A DNA stretch of 64,000 nt from an uncultured Holophagales bacterium (GCA_963741305.1 CAVUHL010000002.1:56607-120606), one strand, 5' to 3'; positions 10,840 through 20,542 are shown, numbered from the stretch's first letter. Notes: a model not told the origin generated them from the sequence alone. Numbers and translations are program-made.

Positions 10840-12633
10840 ATGTCCGTCACGACCTTGTCGGAACTGTTCTTGAAGGCTGCGAGCTACAACAAACCGGATT
10901 GCCTCCTCACGAAGGTGGGAGGCACCTTCCAGCCGATCTCCACGGCGGAGCTGGTAGACCGCGTCCGCAGGCTGTCGAAGGCGCTGGTGGACCTCGGCGT
11001 CCAGCCTGGAGACCGGGTGGCGCTGATGTCCGAGAACGGGCCGCACTGGCCCACGGTGGACTTCGCGACCCTCTGCGCCGGGGCGGTGCTGGTGCCCATC
11101 TACCCCACCCTGACGCCGGATCAGGCGTCCTACATCGCCGGCAACTGCGGCGCCAAGGTGATGATCGCCGAGACCACGGCACACCTGGAAGGGCTCCTCT
11201 CCCATGCCGATGAGCTGCCGGAGGTCAAGCAGTTCGTGATCATCCAGGGCGAGTCGAGCGATCCGCGGGTGGTCACCCTGGACTCGCTGATCGCCCGCGG
11301 GGCCGGCGTGGACGTGGCCGAGTTCGAGCGGCGGGCGCGGGCGGTCAAACCGGAGGATCTAGCCACTTTCATCTACACCAGTGGCACCACCGGCACCCCC
11401 AAGGGCGTGATGTTGACCCACGACAACATCGCCTCGAACGTCAATTCCGGCCTGTCGGTGCTGGGCCTGGACGCCCGCTACACGGCGCTCTCGTTCCTGC
11501 CGCTCTCCCACTCCTTCGAGCGCACGGTGGACTACTGCTACTTCCTCACCGGCTGCACCATCGCCTACGCCGAATCGGTGGCGGCGGTGGCGCAGAACCT
11601 CCAGGAGGTCCGGCCGCACGTCTTCGTCTCCGTGCCCCGGGTCTACGAGAAGTTCCACGGCCGGGTGCAGGATGGCGCCGCCGCGGCCTCGCCGATCCGC
11701 CAGAAGCTCTTCGCCTGGGCGGTGGGGCTCGGCAAGCAGGCGCTCCCCTACCGGCTCAAGCACCAGAAGCCGCCGGGCATGCTGGGATTCCAGCTCGGCC
11801 TCGCGGACAAGCTGGTGTTCAAGAAGATCCACGACCGCCTGGGCGGCCGCTTCGTCTTCGCCATCTCCGGCGGCGCGCCGCTCTCGCGCGACCTCGCCGA
11901 GTTCTTCTGGGGCGCGGGCGTGCCCATCTACGAAGGCTACGGCCTCTCGGAGACCTCGCCCGTGATCTCCGTCAACACCCGCGACGGCGTCAAGATGGGC
12001 ACGGTCGGCCGGGTGATCCCAGGGGTGAAAGTGGAGATCGCGCCCGATGGCGAGATCCTCGCCCGCGGCCCGAACATCATGAAGGGCTACTGGGGCATGG
12101 AGAAGGAGACGGCGGAGGTGATCGACGCCGAGGGCTGGTTCCACACCGGCGACATCGGCGAAATCGATGCGGACGGCTTCCTGCGGATCACCGACCGGAA
12201 GAAGGAGCTGATCATCAACGCCTACGGCAAGAACGTGGCCCCGGCTCCCATCGAGAACTCCCTCAAGGGCAGCCGCTACATCGGCCAGGCTGTGGTCATC
12301 GGCGACCGCCGCAAGTTCCTCTCGGCCCTACTGGTGCCCGACTTCGAGGCCCTCAAGCCCTGGGCCGAGAAGCAGGGCATCGGCGCCACCGGCAATCACG
12401 ATCTCGTCAAGAACGAGAAAGTCCGCGCCTTGATCAAGCAGGAGGTGGCGGCGGTCAATACCGGCCTCGCCGGCTTCGAGAAGATCCAGGCCTGGGAGCT
12501 GCTGCCCGACGATTTCACCATCGAGACGGGCGAGCTGACCCCGACCCAGAAGGTCAAGCGCCGGGTGATCAACCAGAAGTACGGCGACATCATCGATCGT
12601 CTCTACGCGGAGGCGGACAAGGCGGGGGGATAA
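10840..12633 (+). CDS. fadD: long-chain fatty acid--CoA ligase (AMP-dependent synthetase)
   Basis: ORF 10606..12633; the plausible start is ATG 10840 (MSVTTLSELF). AMP-binding motif IYTSGTTGTPKGV is present, plus GWFHTGDIGEIDADGFLRITDRKKELI. Confidence 0.85.
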   Translation: MSVTTLSELFLKAASYNKPDCLLTKVGGTFQPISTAELVDRVRRLSKALVDLGVQPGDRVALMSENGPHWPTVDFATLCAGAVLVPIYPTLTPDQASYIAGNCGAKVMIAETTAHLEGLLSHADELPEVKQFVIIQGESSDPRVVTLDSLIARGAGVDVAEFERRARAVKPEDLATFIYTSGTTGTPKGVMLTHDNIASNVNSGLSVLGLDARYTALSFLPLSHSFERTVDYCYFLTGCTIAYAESVAAVAQNLQEVRPHVFVSVPRVYEKFHGRVQDGAAAASPIRQKLFAWAVGLGKQALPYRLKHQKPPGMLGFQLGLADKLVFKKIHDRLGGRFVFAISGGAPLSRDLAEFFWGAGVPIYEGYGLSETSPVISVNTRDGVKMGTVGRVIPGVKVEIAPDGEILARGPNIMKGYWGMEKETAEVIDAEGWFHTGDIGEIDADGFLRITDRKKELIINAYGKNVAPAPIENSLKGSRYIGQAVVIGDRRKFLSALLVPDFEALKPWAEKQGIGATGNHDLVKNEKVRALIKQEVAAVNTGLAGFEKIQAWELLPDDFTIETGELTPTQKVKRRVINQKYGDIIDRLYAEADKAGG

Positions 12634-12635
12634 AG

Positions 12636-14771
12636 GTGCCATCCACCTTCCATCTCGAAACCGGCCCCGACCGGCTCGCCACGCTGACGTTCGACTCGCC
12701 GGGCAAGAAGGTCAACGTCTTCACCCGGGAAGCCCTGCAGGAGCTGGAGCGGCTTCTCGGGGAATTGGGGTCCCGACAGGACATCGGCTGCCTCATCCTG
12801 CTCTCGGGCAAGGCCGGAAACTTCATCGCCGGGGCGGACGTGGAAGAGATCGCCCGCGTGACGGATCCCACCGAGGCCGAGGCCGGCTCGCGGGTGGGCC
12901 ACCGGCTCTTCGCGGCCTGGGAATCACTCCCCTTCCCCACCGTGGCCGCCATCCGCGGCATCTGCCTGGGAGGCGGCCTGGAGATCTCCCTCGCCTCCAC
13001 CTGGCGGGTGGCGAGCGACCGGCCGGATACGAAGATGGGCCTTCCCGAAGTGCAGCTCGGCATCCTTCCCGGCTGGGGCGGCTCCACGCGCCTCCCGCGC
13101 CTCATCGGCATCGCCGAATCCCTGGACCTGATCCTCACCGGCAAGACCGTGAACGGCCGTAAGGCCCTCAAGCTCGGTCTGATCGACGCGCTGCTTCCCG
13201 AAGCCCGCTTCCTGGACGGCGTGCGCGACTTCGCCCTTTCCAAGCTGGACCGGAAGCGCCACGACGAAGGGGGCTTCGATTTCAAAGAGATGCTCCTCGA
13301 GAAGAACCCCCTGGGACGGAAGATCCTCTTCGACCAGGCGCGCAAGAAGACCCTGGAGCAGACCCGGGGGCACTACCCTGCGCCCCTGCGCGCCATCGAA
13401 GTGGTACGGGTGGGCATCGAGCAGGGGATGAAAGCCGGCTTCGACGCCGAGGCCCGGGCCCTCTCCGAGCTGGCCACTTCAAAAATCTCGAAGAACCTGG
13501 TGCACGTCTTCCACTTGACCGAAGAGGCCAAGAAAGAGACCGGCCTGCCCGGCGCCGAACCGCGGCCCGTCCGGAGCACCGCCGTGCTGGGCGCGGGCGT
13601 CATGGGCGGCGGCATCGCCCAGCTCATCGCCGACAAGACTGGTCTGCCCGTACGCATGAAAGACGTCAACGACGGCGGCCCTGGCGAGCGGCATGAAGCA
13701 CGCCGCCGGCCTGTTCGACTACCAACTGAAGCGCCGCCGGCTCACCGCGCCGGAAGCGCGGCGCAAGATGGCCCTGCTCCATCCCACCCTGGACTACTCG
13801 GGCTTCTCCCACGTGGACCTGGTGATCGAGGCCATCGTCGAGAACATGGGAGTCAAGCAGGAGGTCTTCGCCGAGACCGCCAAGCACGTGCAAGAGGGCG
13901 GCATCCTGGCCTCCAACACCTCGTCGCTCTCCATCGCCGGCATCGGCGCCAAGACGCCCGATCCCGGACGGGTCGTGGGCATGCACTTCTTCAACCCCGT
14001 CCACAAGATGCCCTTGGTGGAAGTGATCGCGCCCGAGGGTAGCGATCCGGCAGCGGTGAATACCGTCTTCGCCTAACCCGCAAGCTGGGCAAGACGCCCA
14101 TCCTGGTCAAGGACACCCCCGGCTTCCTGGTCAACCGGCTGCTGATGTTCTACTCCACCGAGGCCCTCTGGCTCCTCGACGAAGGCCACCGCATCGAGGA
14201 TCTGGACCGCATCATGACCGACTGGGGCATGCCCGTGGGTCCCATGGTGCTCACCGATGAAGTGGGAATCGACGTCGCCACTAAAGTCGCCCACATCCTC
14301 CACGACGCCTTCAGCGACCGCCTCCCCTTGCCCGAGTGGCTGGACAAAACGCCTCAGAGCGGCCGGCTAGGCACCAAGAACGGCAAGGGCTTCTACCTCT
14401 ATGAAGGGAAGGAAAGGAAGGGTCCGGACCCCAGCGTCTACGCCCTTCTGGGTCTCCATCCCAAGCACGAGCACCCCGACCCCGGCATGATCGCCGACCG
14501 CATGGTCCTCCCCATGGTCAACGAAGCCGCCCGCTGCCTGGAGGAGAAAGTCGTAGGAAGCGCCGCCGACCTCGACCTCGCCTTAATCTTCGGTACCGGC
14601 TTCCCCCCCTTCCGAGGCGGTCTCTGCCGCTGGGCGGACCAGGAGGGCCTCCCCCAGATCGTCGCCACCCTGGAGCGCCTGGAAAGCACCGTAGGAGACC
14701 GCTTCAAGCCCTCCGAAGCCCTCCGCACCACGGCCGCCGCCGGAGGCTTCTACACCCGCTTCGGACGCTGA
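12636..14771 (+). CDS. bifunctional enoyl-CoA hydratase / 3-hydroxyacyl-CoA dehydrogenase (FadB/FadJ-like), frame broken twice
   Basis: ORFs 12636..14042, 13693..14076 and 14145..14771 form one protein. It has an N-terminal crotonase domain (GNFIAGADVEEI), a NAD-binding VLGAGVMGGGIAQ motif, and 3HCDH C-terminal domains. It starts 3 nt after the ligase stop. Confidence 0.8.
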
Positions 14772-14782
14772 TCCACCTCTCG

Positions 14783-14815
14783 CCTGGGACCGCCGGCGTC
14801 CTCGCCGGCCTTCTA
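14783..14815 (+). repeat. REP-like GC-rich hairpin unit
   Basis: CCTGGGACCGCCGGCGTCCTCGCCGGCCTTCTAA lies directly after the stop at 14771. It is the same unit as at 3333-3365. Confidence 0.55.
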
Positions 14816-14967
14816 ACCCAAAAAAGAAAAAAGGACCTAAAGGACAGCAAAGACAACAAGGACTCTGAGGCTCTCTTGTCCTTGCTGTCCTTGTCGTCTC
14901 TTGGGTCCTTTTCTTGTCTCCCTCATAGCCTTCAGCTAGGCTACGCGAGCCCGGCCGCCGGGGCATC

Positions 14968-14996
14968 TTGACCCTCGCGAGAGCTCGATGTAGAAT
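14968..14996 (+). promoter_or_regulatory. candidate sigma70 promoter
   Basis: TTGACC (14968-14973), a 17-nt spacer, then TAGAAT (14991-14996), ending about 22 nt upstream of ATG 15019. Confidence 0.45.
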
Positions 14997-15018
14997 ATTT
15001 CCATACTGGAGTACCAGA

Positions 15019-15249
15019 ATGACTAGAAACACTCAGCACGTCGTCAAAAACCCCAACGGCGGGTGGAGCGTGAAGAGGGGCGGGGCATTGAGAGCCACGA
15101 AGACCTTCGACACCCAAAAAGAAGCTATCTCATATGCTCGTGAGTTGAGCAAGAACCAAGGCTCTGAGCTCTACGTCCACAAGCGGGATGGTACAATTCA
15201 GAGCAAGGACTCATATGGCAATGATCCTCATCCCCCGATGGATAAATAG
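15019..15249 (+). CDS. DUF2188 domain protein
   Basis: The internal ATG of ORF 14968..15249 gives MTRNTQHVVKNPNGGWSVKRGGALRATKTFDTQKEAISYARELS, the DUF2188 pattern. Confidence 0.7.
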   Translation: MTRNTQHVVKNPNGGWSVKRGGALRATKTFDTQKEAISYARELSKNQGSELYVHKRDGTIQSKDSYGNDPHPPMDK

Positions 15250-15901
15250 GTGAGTGATCAGGGCCCTGCTGGTGAACCGGCAGCAGGCTATGAGTTGAAT
15301 GTGTTTGTCAACTGCCCGTTCGACAAAGAATACTTCTCCCTCTTGCGTCCACTTCTGTTCACTATTGTTTATCTAGGCTACAACCCCCGGATCGCTTCTG
15401 AGCGTTCCGATTCGGGCGAGAACCGCGTCGATAAGATATGTCAGTTGATTCGTGAGTCGAAGTACAGCATCCATGACCTCTCACGTCTCAAATCGAATAA
15501 GGCGAGGGAGTTTTATCGCCTGAACATGCCCTTCGAGCTTGGCATCGAATATGGAGCGCGGCTTTTCGGCACTGCGTTCATGAGAGATAAAAGATGCTTG
15601 ATCCTGGAGAAGAAGCTTCACGATTTCAAGAGGGCTCTCTCTGATTTCTGGCGTCGACATAAAGGCGCACAACAATGAGCCGGATGAGGTTGTTCGAGCA
15701 GTCCGAGACTGGTTTGTGGAAACTCTCGGGGTGCGAAGCGTGAAGACAGGAACCGTTGTATGGTGGATGTTCAATGACTTCACGACTGCTTTCTATGCAG
15801 CAATGATAGCCGAGGGCAGCCCAGAGAAGGACATCGAACAAATGCCGATTCCTGAGTACATTGACCACATTCGCACTTGGGTGAGTGAAAATAAAGAGTG
15901 A
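15250..15901 (+). CDS. hypothetical protein with TIR-like / nucleoside 2-deoxyribosyltransferase-like N-terminal pattern, frame broken once
   Basis: ORF 15250..15678 (NVFVNCPFDKEY...SIHDLSR...PFELGIEYG) continues after a frame switch near 15650 into ORF 15716..15901. The fold call is a weak pattern-level guess. Confidence 0.35.
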
Positions 15902-16136
15902 CGAAAGATTGGTCTCGCTCCCTCGGTCGGAGGCAAAGAGCTTCCTCGGTGATGCCGGCGATCTCTATCTGCTGACGTAAGTTAAAGACCGGCATAAAGC
16001 TGCCTGCGAGAAACACACCCACCCGCCTGCCGCGGCACCTCCTCCTTCAGACGCCCTTGTGCAGCCGAATGTGAGATAATTCATCCGGAGCCCGAGGCTG
16101 GCTCGTACCAGCTTCCAAACAAGGAGGTAACGAGAG

Positions 16137-16307
16137 ATGAAGAAGAAGAACGAAAATCAGAAGGGACACGAACGGCGGCTTCTCTGCAGGCTGGTCGCCA
16201 AGGAGCTGAGCCCTGAGGAGCTCGGATTCGTACCCGGTGGCGTCGGGAGGATCGACCCCGTGAGCACCGCCCTGGTGACCACTCCCGGCTACGTCGAGGA
16301 CAACTAG
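16137..16307 (+). CDS. 56-aa peptide with double-glycine-type leader (candidate bacteriocin/RiPP precursor)
   Basis: It is not in the ORF track because it is under 60 aa. ATG 16137 lies 7 nt after AAGGAGG. Translation: MKKKNENQKGHERRLLCRLVAKELSPEELGFVPGG|VGRIDPVSTALVTTPGYVEDN. LSPEELGFVPGG fits the LSxxELxxIxGG leader consensus. Confidence 0.4.
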   Translation: MKKKNENQKGHERRLLCRLVAKELSPEELGFVPGGVGRIDPVSTALVTTPGYVEDN

Positions 16308-16369
16308 GCGCGGGAGCCCTCACCACCAGCCGGCCTCCTCTCCCAGCCGTAGGCCTTACCGGGAGAGGC

Positions 16370-16398
16370 GGCCGGCAGGGATGCCGGCGCTCCCAGGG
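16370..16398 (-). repeat. REP-like GC-rich hairpin unit (second subfamily)
   Basis: GGCCGGCAGGGATGCCGGCGCTCCCAGGG; a near-identical copy lies at 17886-17914. Confidence 0.55.
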
Positions 16399-16405
16399 AT
16401 CCAGG

Positions 16406-16697
16406 GGTACAACGCCACGTTGCAGCGCTGCAATGCCCCACTGCATCGGTGCAACGTCACGCTGCACGAGTGCATTGCTAAAATGCCGAGGCGCAATACC
16501 ACGTTGCAGCACTGCAATGCCTCGCTGTAACGGTGCAATGTCGCGTTACACGAGTACAATGCTAAAATGCAGGGGTGCAATGCCACGTTACAGGACCGCA
16601 ATGCACCGCCGCAGCAGTGCACGTCGCGTTGCACGAGTGCATTGCTAAAATGCAGAGGCACAATGCCGCGTTGCAGGGCTGCAATGCCCCGCTGCTA
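16406..16697. repeat. tandem repeat, about 3.4 copies of an 84-bp unit built from 12-nt sub-repeats
   Basis: The unit landmark TTGCAG-NN-CTGCAA recurs at 16420 and 16504, is degenerate (TTACAGGACCGCAA) at 16588, and recurs at 16671. CACGAGTGCATTGCTAAAATGC recurs at 16465, 16549 (variant) and 16632. Confidence 0.8.
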
Positions 16698-16698
16698 G

Positions 16699-16965
16699 TG
16701 GAAAACCTGGGTCGGCTTCAACGCGAGCCACAGCTATGGGGGCATCCTCTTCGGGCTGGTCTACGGATACCTGGCTCTCGTCCACGGCTCGTTCCTGTTT
16801 CAGTCGTCGTTTCTCCTTGGGGTTGGGCTTTGCCTTCTCCTGGGCTACGTCTTCCTGGGCAAGGTCTATTGGTTCAGCGTCCCTTTCCGTGGCATCGTGT
16901 TGTCCACTATGTTGTATCTGGCAGCGCTCGTCATCGGGTGGACCGTGGGGACGACCGGAATCTGA
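16699..16965 (+). pseudogene. 5'-truncated remnant of a small membrane protein
   Basis: An open frame of 88 codons with no ATG/GTG/TTG near its 5' end begins right after the tandem repeat. The translation WKTWVGFNASHSYGGILFGLVYGYLAL...LGYVFLGKVYWF...LAALVIGW is strongly hydrophobic. Confidence 0.3.
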
Positions 16966-16989
16966 GCGTCTTTTACGGAGGTACTATCC

Positions 16990-17853
16990 ATGAAACTTGT
17001 TAGTTTCTCGCTGGAACAAGGGAACAAATATTTCGGGAAAATCGACGGCGCCCGGTTTTTCATCGGCAGCCGGGTCTCCTTCGAAGGAAACAAGGGTCTG
17101 ATGAACGTCAGTGGCACGTCGGCACAGAAGTATGACCGCACGGAATTCCGGCCTGTCCATGGGTTTTGGGCCGATTTCATTCATCCGACGGCGATGGCCG
17201 AGGGCGCTCTTTACCACACTCTCAATACGTATGACCGCGCTCATTTTACTTTCACGTTCCTCCAATATGCCGCGCATGTTCCGAACGGAGACTTCGTGGG
17301 TTACCTTCGTGCCCTCTTGAGCCTCCCTCTCGCCCGAGAGTATTTCCCGGATCTGACCCTGAACAACAATCGAGTATGCCGTATCACGGACGATGGCATC
17401 GTAGCTCTCGAGTCGGATACATCGACGGCTCTTCTCATCGACTATCTGAACCCGTCTACCAAAGAGATCGAGGATACCGAGGTCATCCAAGCCGCGAAGT
17501 TCGTCCATTGGGCACAGAACGATCCTGCCCATCGGCAGACTCAAATTGAGATGGGCATAGCACATTTCAAAAGCAGGATGCGCCAGTACGCGAATCAGTA
17601 CGAGCTCGATGGAGTGGACGATGCCATCTGCCTGGTCATTGCGGACATCCGCCATCAGGGCCGGGCTAAAAGCTCAGCGATCCTTTCAGCCTTGAGCACC
17701 ACCAATCCATTGGAAGCACTCTTGAAGCTTGGAGAGCCCAAGTATCACGAACGCTTGGTCGTGCTGCGCCGGGAAATCAAGAAGCTTACTACTGAAGGCA
17801 CGCTGGGAATACACAAATACAGCACCACGCAGCAGGACTTTGTCGCAAAATAA
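16990..17853 (+). CDS. hypothetical protein
   Basis: Uninterrupted 287-aa ORF in an AT-richer islet. I recognise no family. Confidence 0.5.
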   Translation: MKLVSFSLEQGNKYFGKIDGARFFIGSRVSFEGNKGLMNVSGTSAQKYDRTEFRPVHGFWADFIHPTAMAEGALYHTLNTYDRAHFTFTFLQYAAHVPNGDFVGYLRALLSLPLAREYFPDLTLNNNRVCRITDDGIVALESDTSTALLIDYLNPSTKEIEDTEVIQAAKFVHWAQNDPAHRQTQIEMGIAHFKSRMRQYANQYELDGVDDAICLVIADIRHQGRAKSSAILSALSTTNPLEALLKLGEPKYHERLVVLRREIKKLTTEGTLGIHKYSTTQQDFVAK

Positions 17854-19957
17854 TGCCACGCACCCTGTTCTCAAATTGAAGAGAGGGCCGGCAGGGATGC
17901 CGGCGCTCCCAGGGGTTCTTGCCGGATCGGTCGCCCTCCGTCCAACTCACGTCGCCAGGAACCGGAAGGTTGCCGAGATCATAGGCGCCGTTTCGAGTGT
18001 AGTGCTCCCGCTCTTTCGGGTGCGTATACCAGGCTGTCAGCTCCAGGGTGTCGGTCCCTTGGTCTTCATCGTGATGGAGAGTGCCCCAGGCGGAGAGCTC
18101 CATGCCCTTCAGCATGGAGCAGCGGTTGAGCGACCAGGATTCATCGCTGTTCCCACCGGTTTCCTTGAATTCGAAGCTCGCCGTTCCTCCCCAGGTGCAG
18201 CCGATGACGAGCGTGGAGTTGTTCTCGCGTTCCCATGACCGGTACTCGGGCAGTGAGGAGATCTCGAGGTCGTACACGTGGACGATGTTCTGCTCGATCT
18301 GAGCCAGAGGCAGATATCCTGAGACGGTGGCGGTGGTGCAATCCCAGGCCGTAGGCAGCGGCGCCCGGCTGGTGAGGAAAGTGTCGGCCTGTGGCACGAC
18401 GCAGGGATTGCCCATGTCGAGGATCACGTGCCCGGCGTTGGCGAGCTCGATCTTGTTGCCCTTCTTCAAGAAGGTGATCATGCGGCGGACATCCTGGACC
18501 GGCGTTGCAGGATCCAGGTCACCGTTGAGCAGCAGGATGGGAACGTCGGGCGCGAAGGGTCCAGGCCGGGTCTGTTGCCGGGTGGCGTTTGGCCAGAAGG
18601 CGCAGGGCAGGTCGATGAAGGCCGCAGAGGCGATGCGGGTCTTCTTCGCAAGAAGACCGGTTTCCAGGTCGAAGAAGGGTTGGGGCTTCGAGTCGTACGC
18701 AAAATCGAGACATTCGACGGAGTAATACCCCGCATCGTTGGCATCGCTGGAGGGCGTTTCCGTCGTTGGATCGAGGGGCCATTGGGCATAGGTGGCGCGC
18801 AGGAGAGGAACCCGGTCGCCGGAGGCGGCCGCCGCCAGCCACCGGAGTAAATCCGCCCGCATGGAGGGGCTGTAGACCAGTCCATAGGCGAGCATCTCCA
18901 GGTCGGCGAGATAGAAGTTGCGCTTCTGAAAGTTCTGGGGGGCCGGCGGAACGGGAAGCTCTCTCGCAGCGGGCGCGGGATTCTGCACCGGCACCGGAAA
19001 CTGCACCTGGGCAGGCCCCGTGGCCAATTCAGCCGCCAGTTGATCGTAGAAGGCGAGGGGATCTTTCCCGGCAAAGCCCTTCTTGCAGGCGGGATCCTGC
19101 GCGCACCAATTCAAGGCGCCGCGCAGGGCTTGGTCGAAAGCCGGAACCTGGAGCTTGAAATACTCCATACCCGTGAGGGTCATATCCACGGCGCCGTCGA
19201 GCACCATGCGGTTGGCGGAGTTGGGATAGGCGCGGACGTAGGTCTGGCCGAACTGTGTCCCATAGCTCTGACCATACAAATAGAGCTTCGCCTCGCCGAT
19301 TTTCGTCCGGAACGCTTCGATATCCGCGACCGACTGATCGGTGCCCATGGAGGGGAGCAACGCCTTGTTGCCGATCTCGTCGTGGCATGCAAGGGCGTAG
19401 GCGCTGACGGCGTCCGACATCGTCTTGAATTTTTCCTTCGTGTCGATCGGATAGGGAAAGGTCCGGCGCACGCTGGTGAAGGCCTGCTGGGCTTTGGAGC
19501 ATTGAACGTTGTGGCTGGGATCGATGCCCCTCTGGTTGAACCAGACCAGGTCGAAAGAGTTGCGGATCGTGCCGGACAGCCCTTCGAGATAGCTCGGCGC
19601 ATCCTCCAGACCGATCTCCCCCGGCCCGCCGACCAAGGTCACCAGAACGCCCAACCGCGTATCCGCGGGCCCCTCCGCCGGGTGAATGGCGAATCGGATG
19701 GCCGTTGTGGTGGTAAGGGTTTTGCCGGTGGGGTCCGTGGAGGGAACCGGCACCTGTACTTTGAGGCAATAGAAATCTTCGGGAAGATCCATGTCCTGGA
19801 AATCCGTTTTGCAAAGATCCTGTGATGCCCCCCAAGCCTGCATGCGGGACTCGACCGTCGAGGCTCCGCTGGCCCGGCCGGCGTTGCTCCAGAGCAGGCA
19901 ACCCGAGAGCAAGAATCCCAACAGACATCCGTTGCGCGCACGTCTCCACTGCATCAT
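17789..19957 (-). CDS. secreted alpha/beta hydrolase, tripeptidyl-aminopeptidase (S33)-like
   Basis: ORF 17789..20113; the likely start is ATG 19957 (MMQWRRARNGCLLGFLLSGCLLW signal), preceded by AGGAGGG. GQSYGT nucleophile elbow is present. The extreme C-terminus reads through a REP-like unit, so the true stop is uncertain. Confidence 0.7.
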   Translation of the reverse strand: MMQWRRARNGCLLGFLLSGCLLWSNAGRASGASTVESRMQAWGASQDLCKTDFQDMDLPEDFYCLKVQVPVPSTDPTGKTLTTTTAIRFAIHPAEGPADTRLGVLVTLVGGPGEIGLEDAPSYLEGLSGTIRNSFDLVWFNQRGIDPSHNVQCSKAQQAFTSVRRTFPYPIDTKEKFKTMSDAVSAYALACHDEIGNKALLPSMGTDQSVADIEAFRTKIGEAKLYLYGQSYGTQFGQTYVRAYPNSANRMVLDGAVDMTLTGMEYFKLQVPAFDQALRGALNWCAQDPACKKGFAGKDPLAFYDQLAAELATGPAQVQFPVPVQNPAPAARELPVPPAPQNFQKRNFYLADLEMLAYGLVYSPSMRADLLRWLAAAASGDRVPLLRATYAQWPLDPTTETPSSDANDAGYYSVECLDFAYDSKPQPFFDLETGLLAKKTRIASAAFIDLPCAFWPNATRQQTRPGPFAPDVPILLLNGDLDPATPVQDVRRMITFLKKGNKIELANAGHVILDMGNPCVVPQADTFLTSRAPLPTAWDCTTATVSGYLPLAQIEQNIVHVYDLEISSLPEYRSWERENNSTLVIGCTWGGTASFEFKETGGNSDESWSLNRCSMLKGMELSAWGTLHHDEDQGTDTLELTAWYTHPKEREHYTRNGAYDLGNLPVPGDVSWTEGDRSGKNPWERRHPCRPSLQFENRVRGIILRQSPAAWCCICVFPACLQ
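17886..17914 (-). repeat. REP-like GC-rich hairpin unit (second subfamily)
   Basis: GGCCGGCAGGGATGCCGGCGCTCCCAGGGG matches 16370-16398. Confidence 0.55.
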
Positions 19958-20323
19958 GATCTCAACCCTCCTGTAAATTAAGCAGCGTCTCCAGTTTTCG
20001 AGGCTGCTTCCGAGAGAGATCAAGAACCGTACCAACGAGGATTCCCCGGGGAGACGCCATCTCACGGAGATGTCGGATATGGGGAGGGATGTCGGAGGAT
20101 GTCGGGCCGACATCCTTGCAGCCTATTGACAAACCGTAGAAGCGCTGATAGACTAATAGACAGAGATCGAAGTCCAGGGCTAAATTTGTGCGCAACCGGC
20201 TGCGCTCTACTCTTGGAGTGCGGCGTCGGGGAGAACTTTTGTCTTCGCCCGCAACATTTCAGGGTGGGGACAAGTCTCGCCCTTAACCGGGGACTGAAGT
20301 TCCCATTTTCTTAGGAGAGAGTC

Positions 20324-20542
20324 ATGAAAAGGAAGTTCACGTTCGCAATCCTCGTCATCGTGTTGGCAGTCCTGGGAACCGCGGCGGTCTTCGCTGCCAG
20401 CGACGGCAAAGTCGACATCTGCCACATCCCGCCGGGCAATCCAGGCAACGCCCATATCATCAATGTGAGCGTGAACGCCGTCCCCGCACATCTGGCGCAC
20501 GGCGACCTCCTGGGGTCTTGTGACCCCGGCGGTGGCCAATAA
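20324..20542 (+). CDS. small secreted protein
   Basis: 72-aa ORF with a signal peptide (FAILVIVLAVLGTAAVFA) followed by ICHIPPGNPGNAHII...AHLAHGD. Confidence 0.55.
   Translation: MKRKFTFAILVIVLAVLGTAAVFAASDGKVDICHIPPGNPGNAHIINVSVNAVPAHLAHGDLLGSCDPGGGQ

Noticed and set aside
563-14731. Long antisense or overlapping ORFs typical of high-GC DNA, for example 563..1429, 816..1544, 2365..3486, 10498..11205, 11359..12144, 12590..13345 and 14438..14731. The same applies to 27272..28027, 27523..28545, 29008..29673 and 30145..31113.
   Set aside because: Each overlaps a gene with clear family motifs on the other strand or frame, and shows Arg/Ala/Pro/Gly-rich low-complexity composition.
16081-16661. 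Cys-rich ORFs 16081..16512 (-), 16356..16661 (-) and 16433..16648 (+), considered as repeat proteins.
   Set aside because: They are open on both strands only because of the 12-nt periodic tandem repeat. They lack ribosome-binding sites and any known repeat-protein signature.
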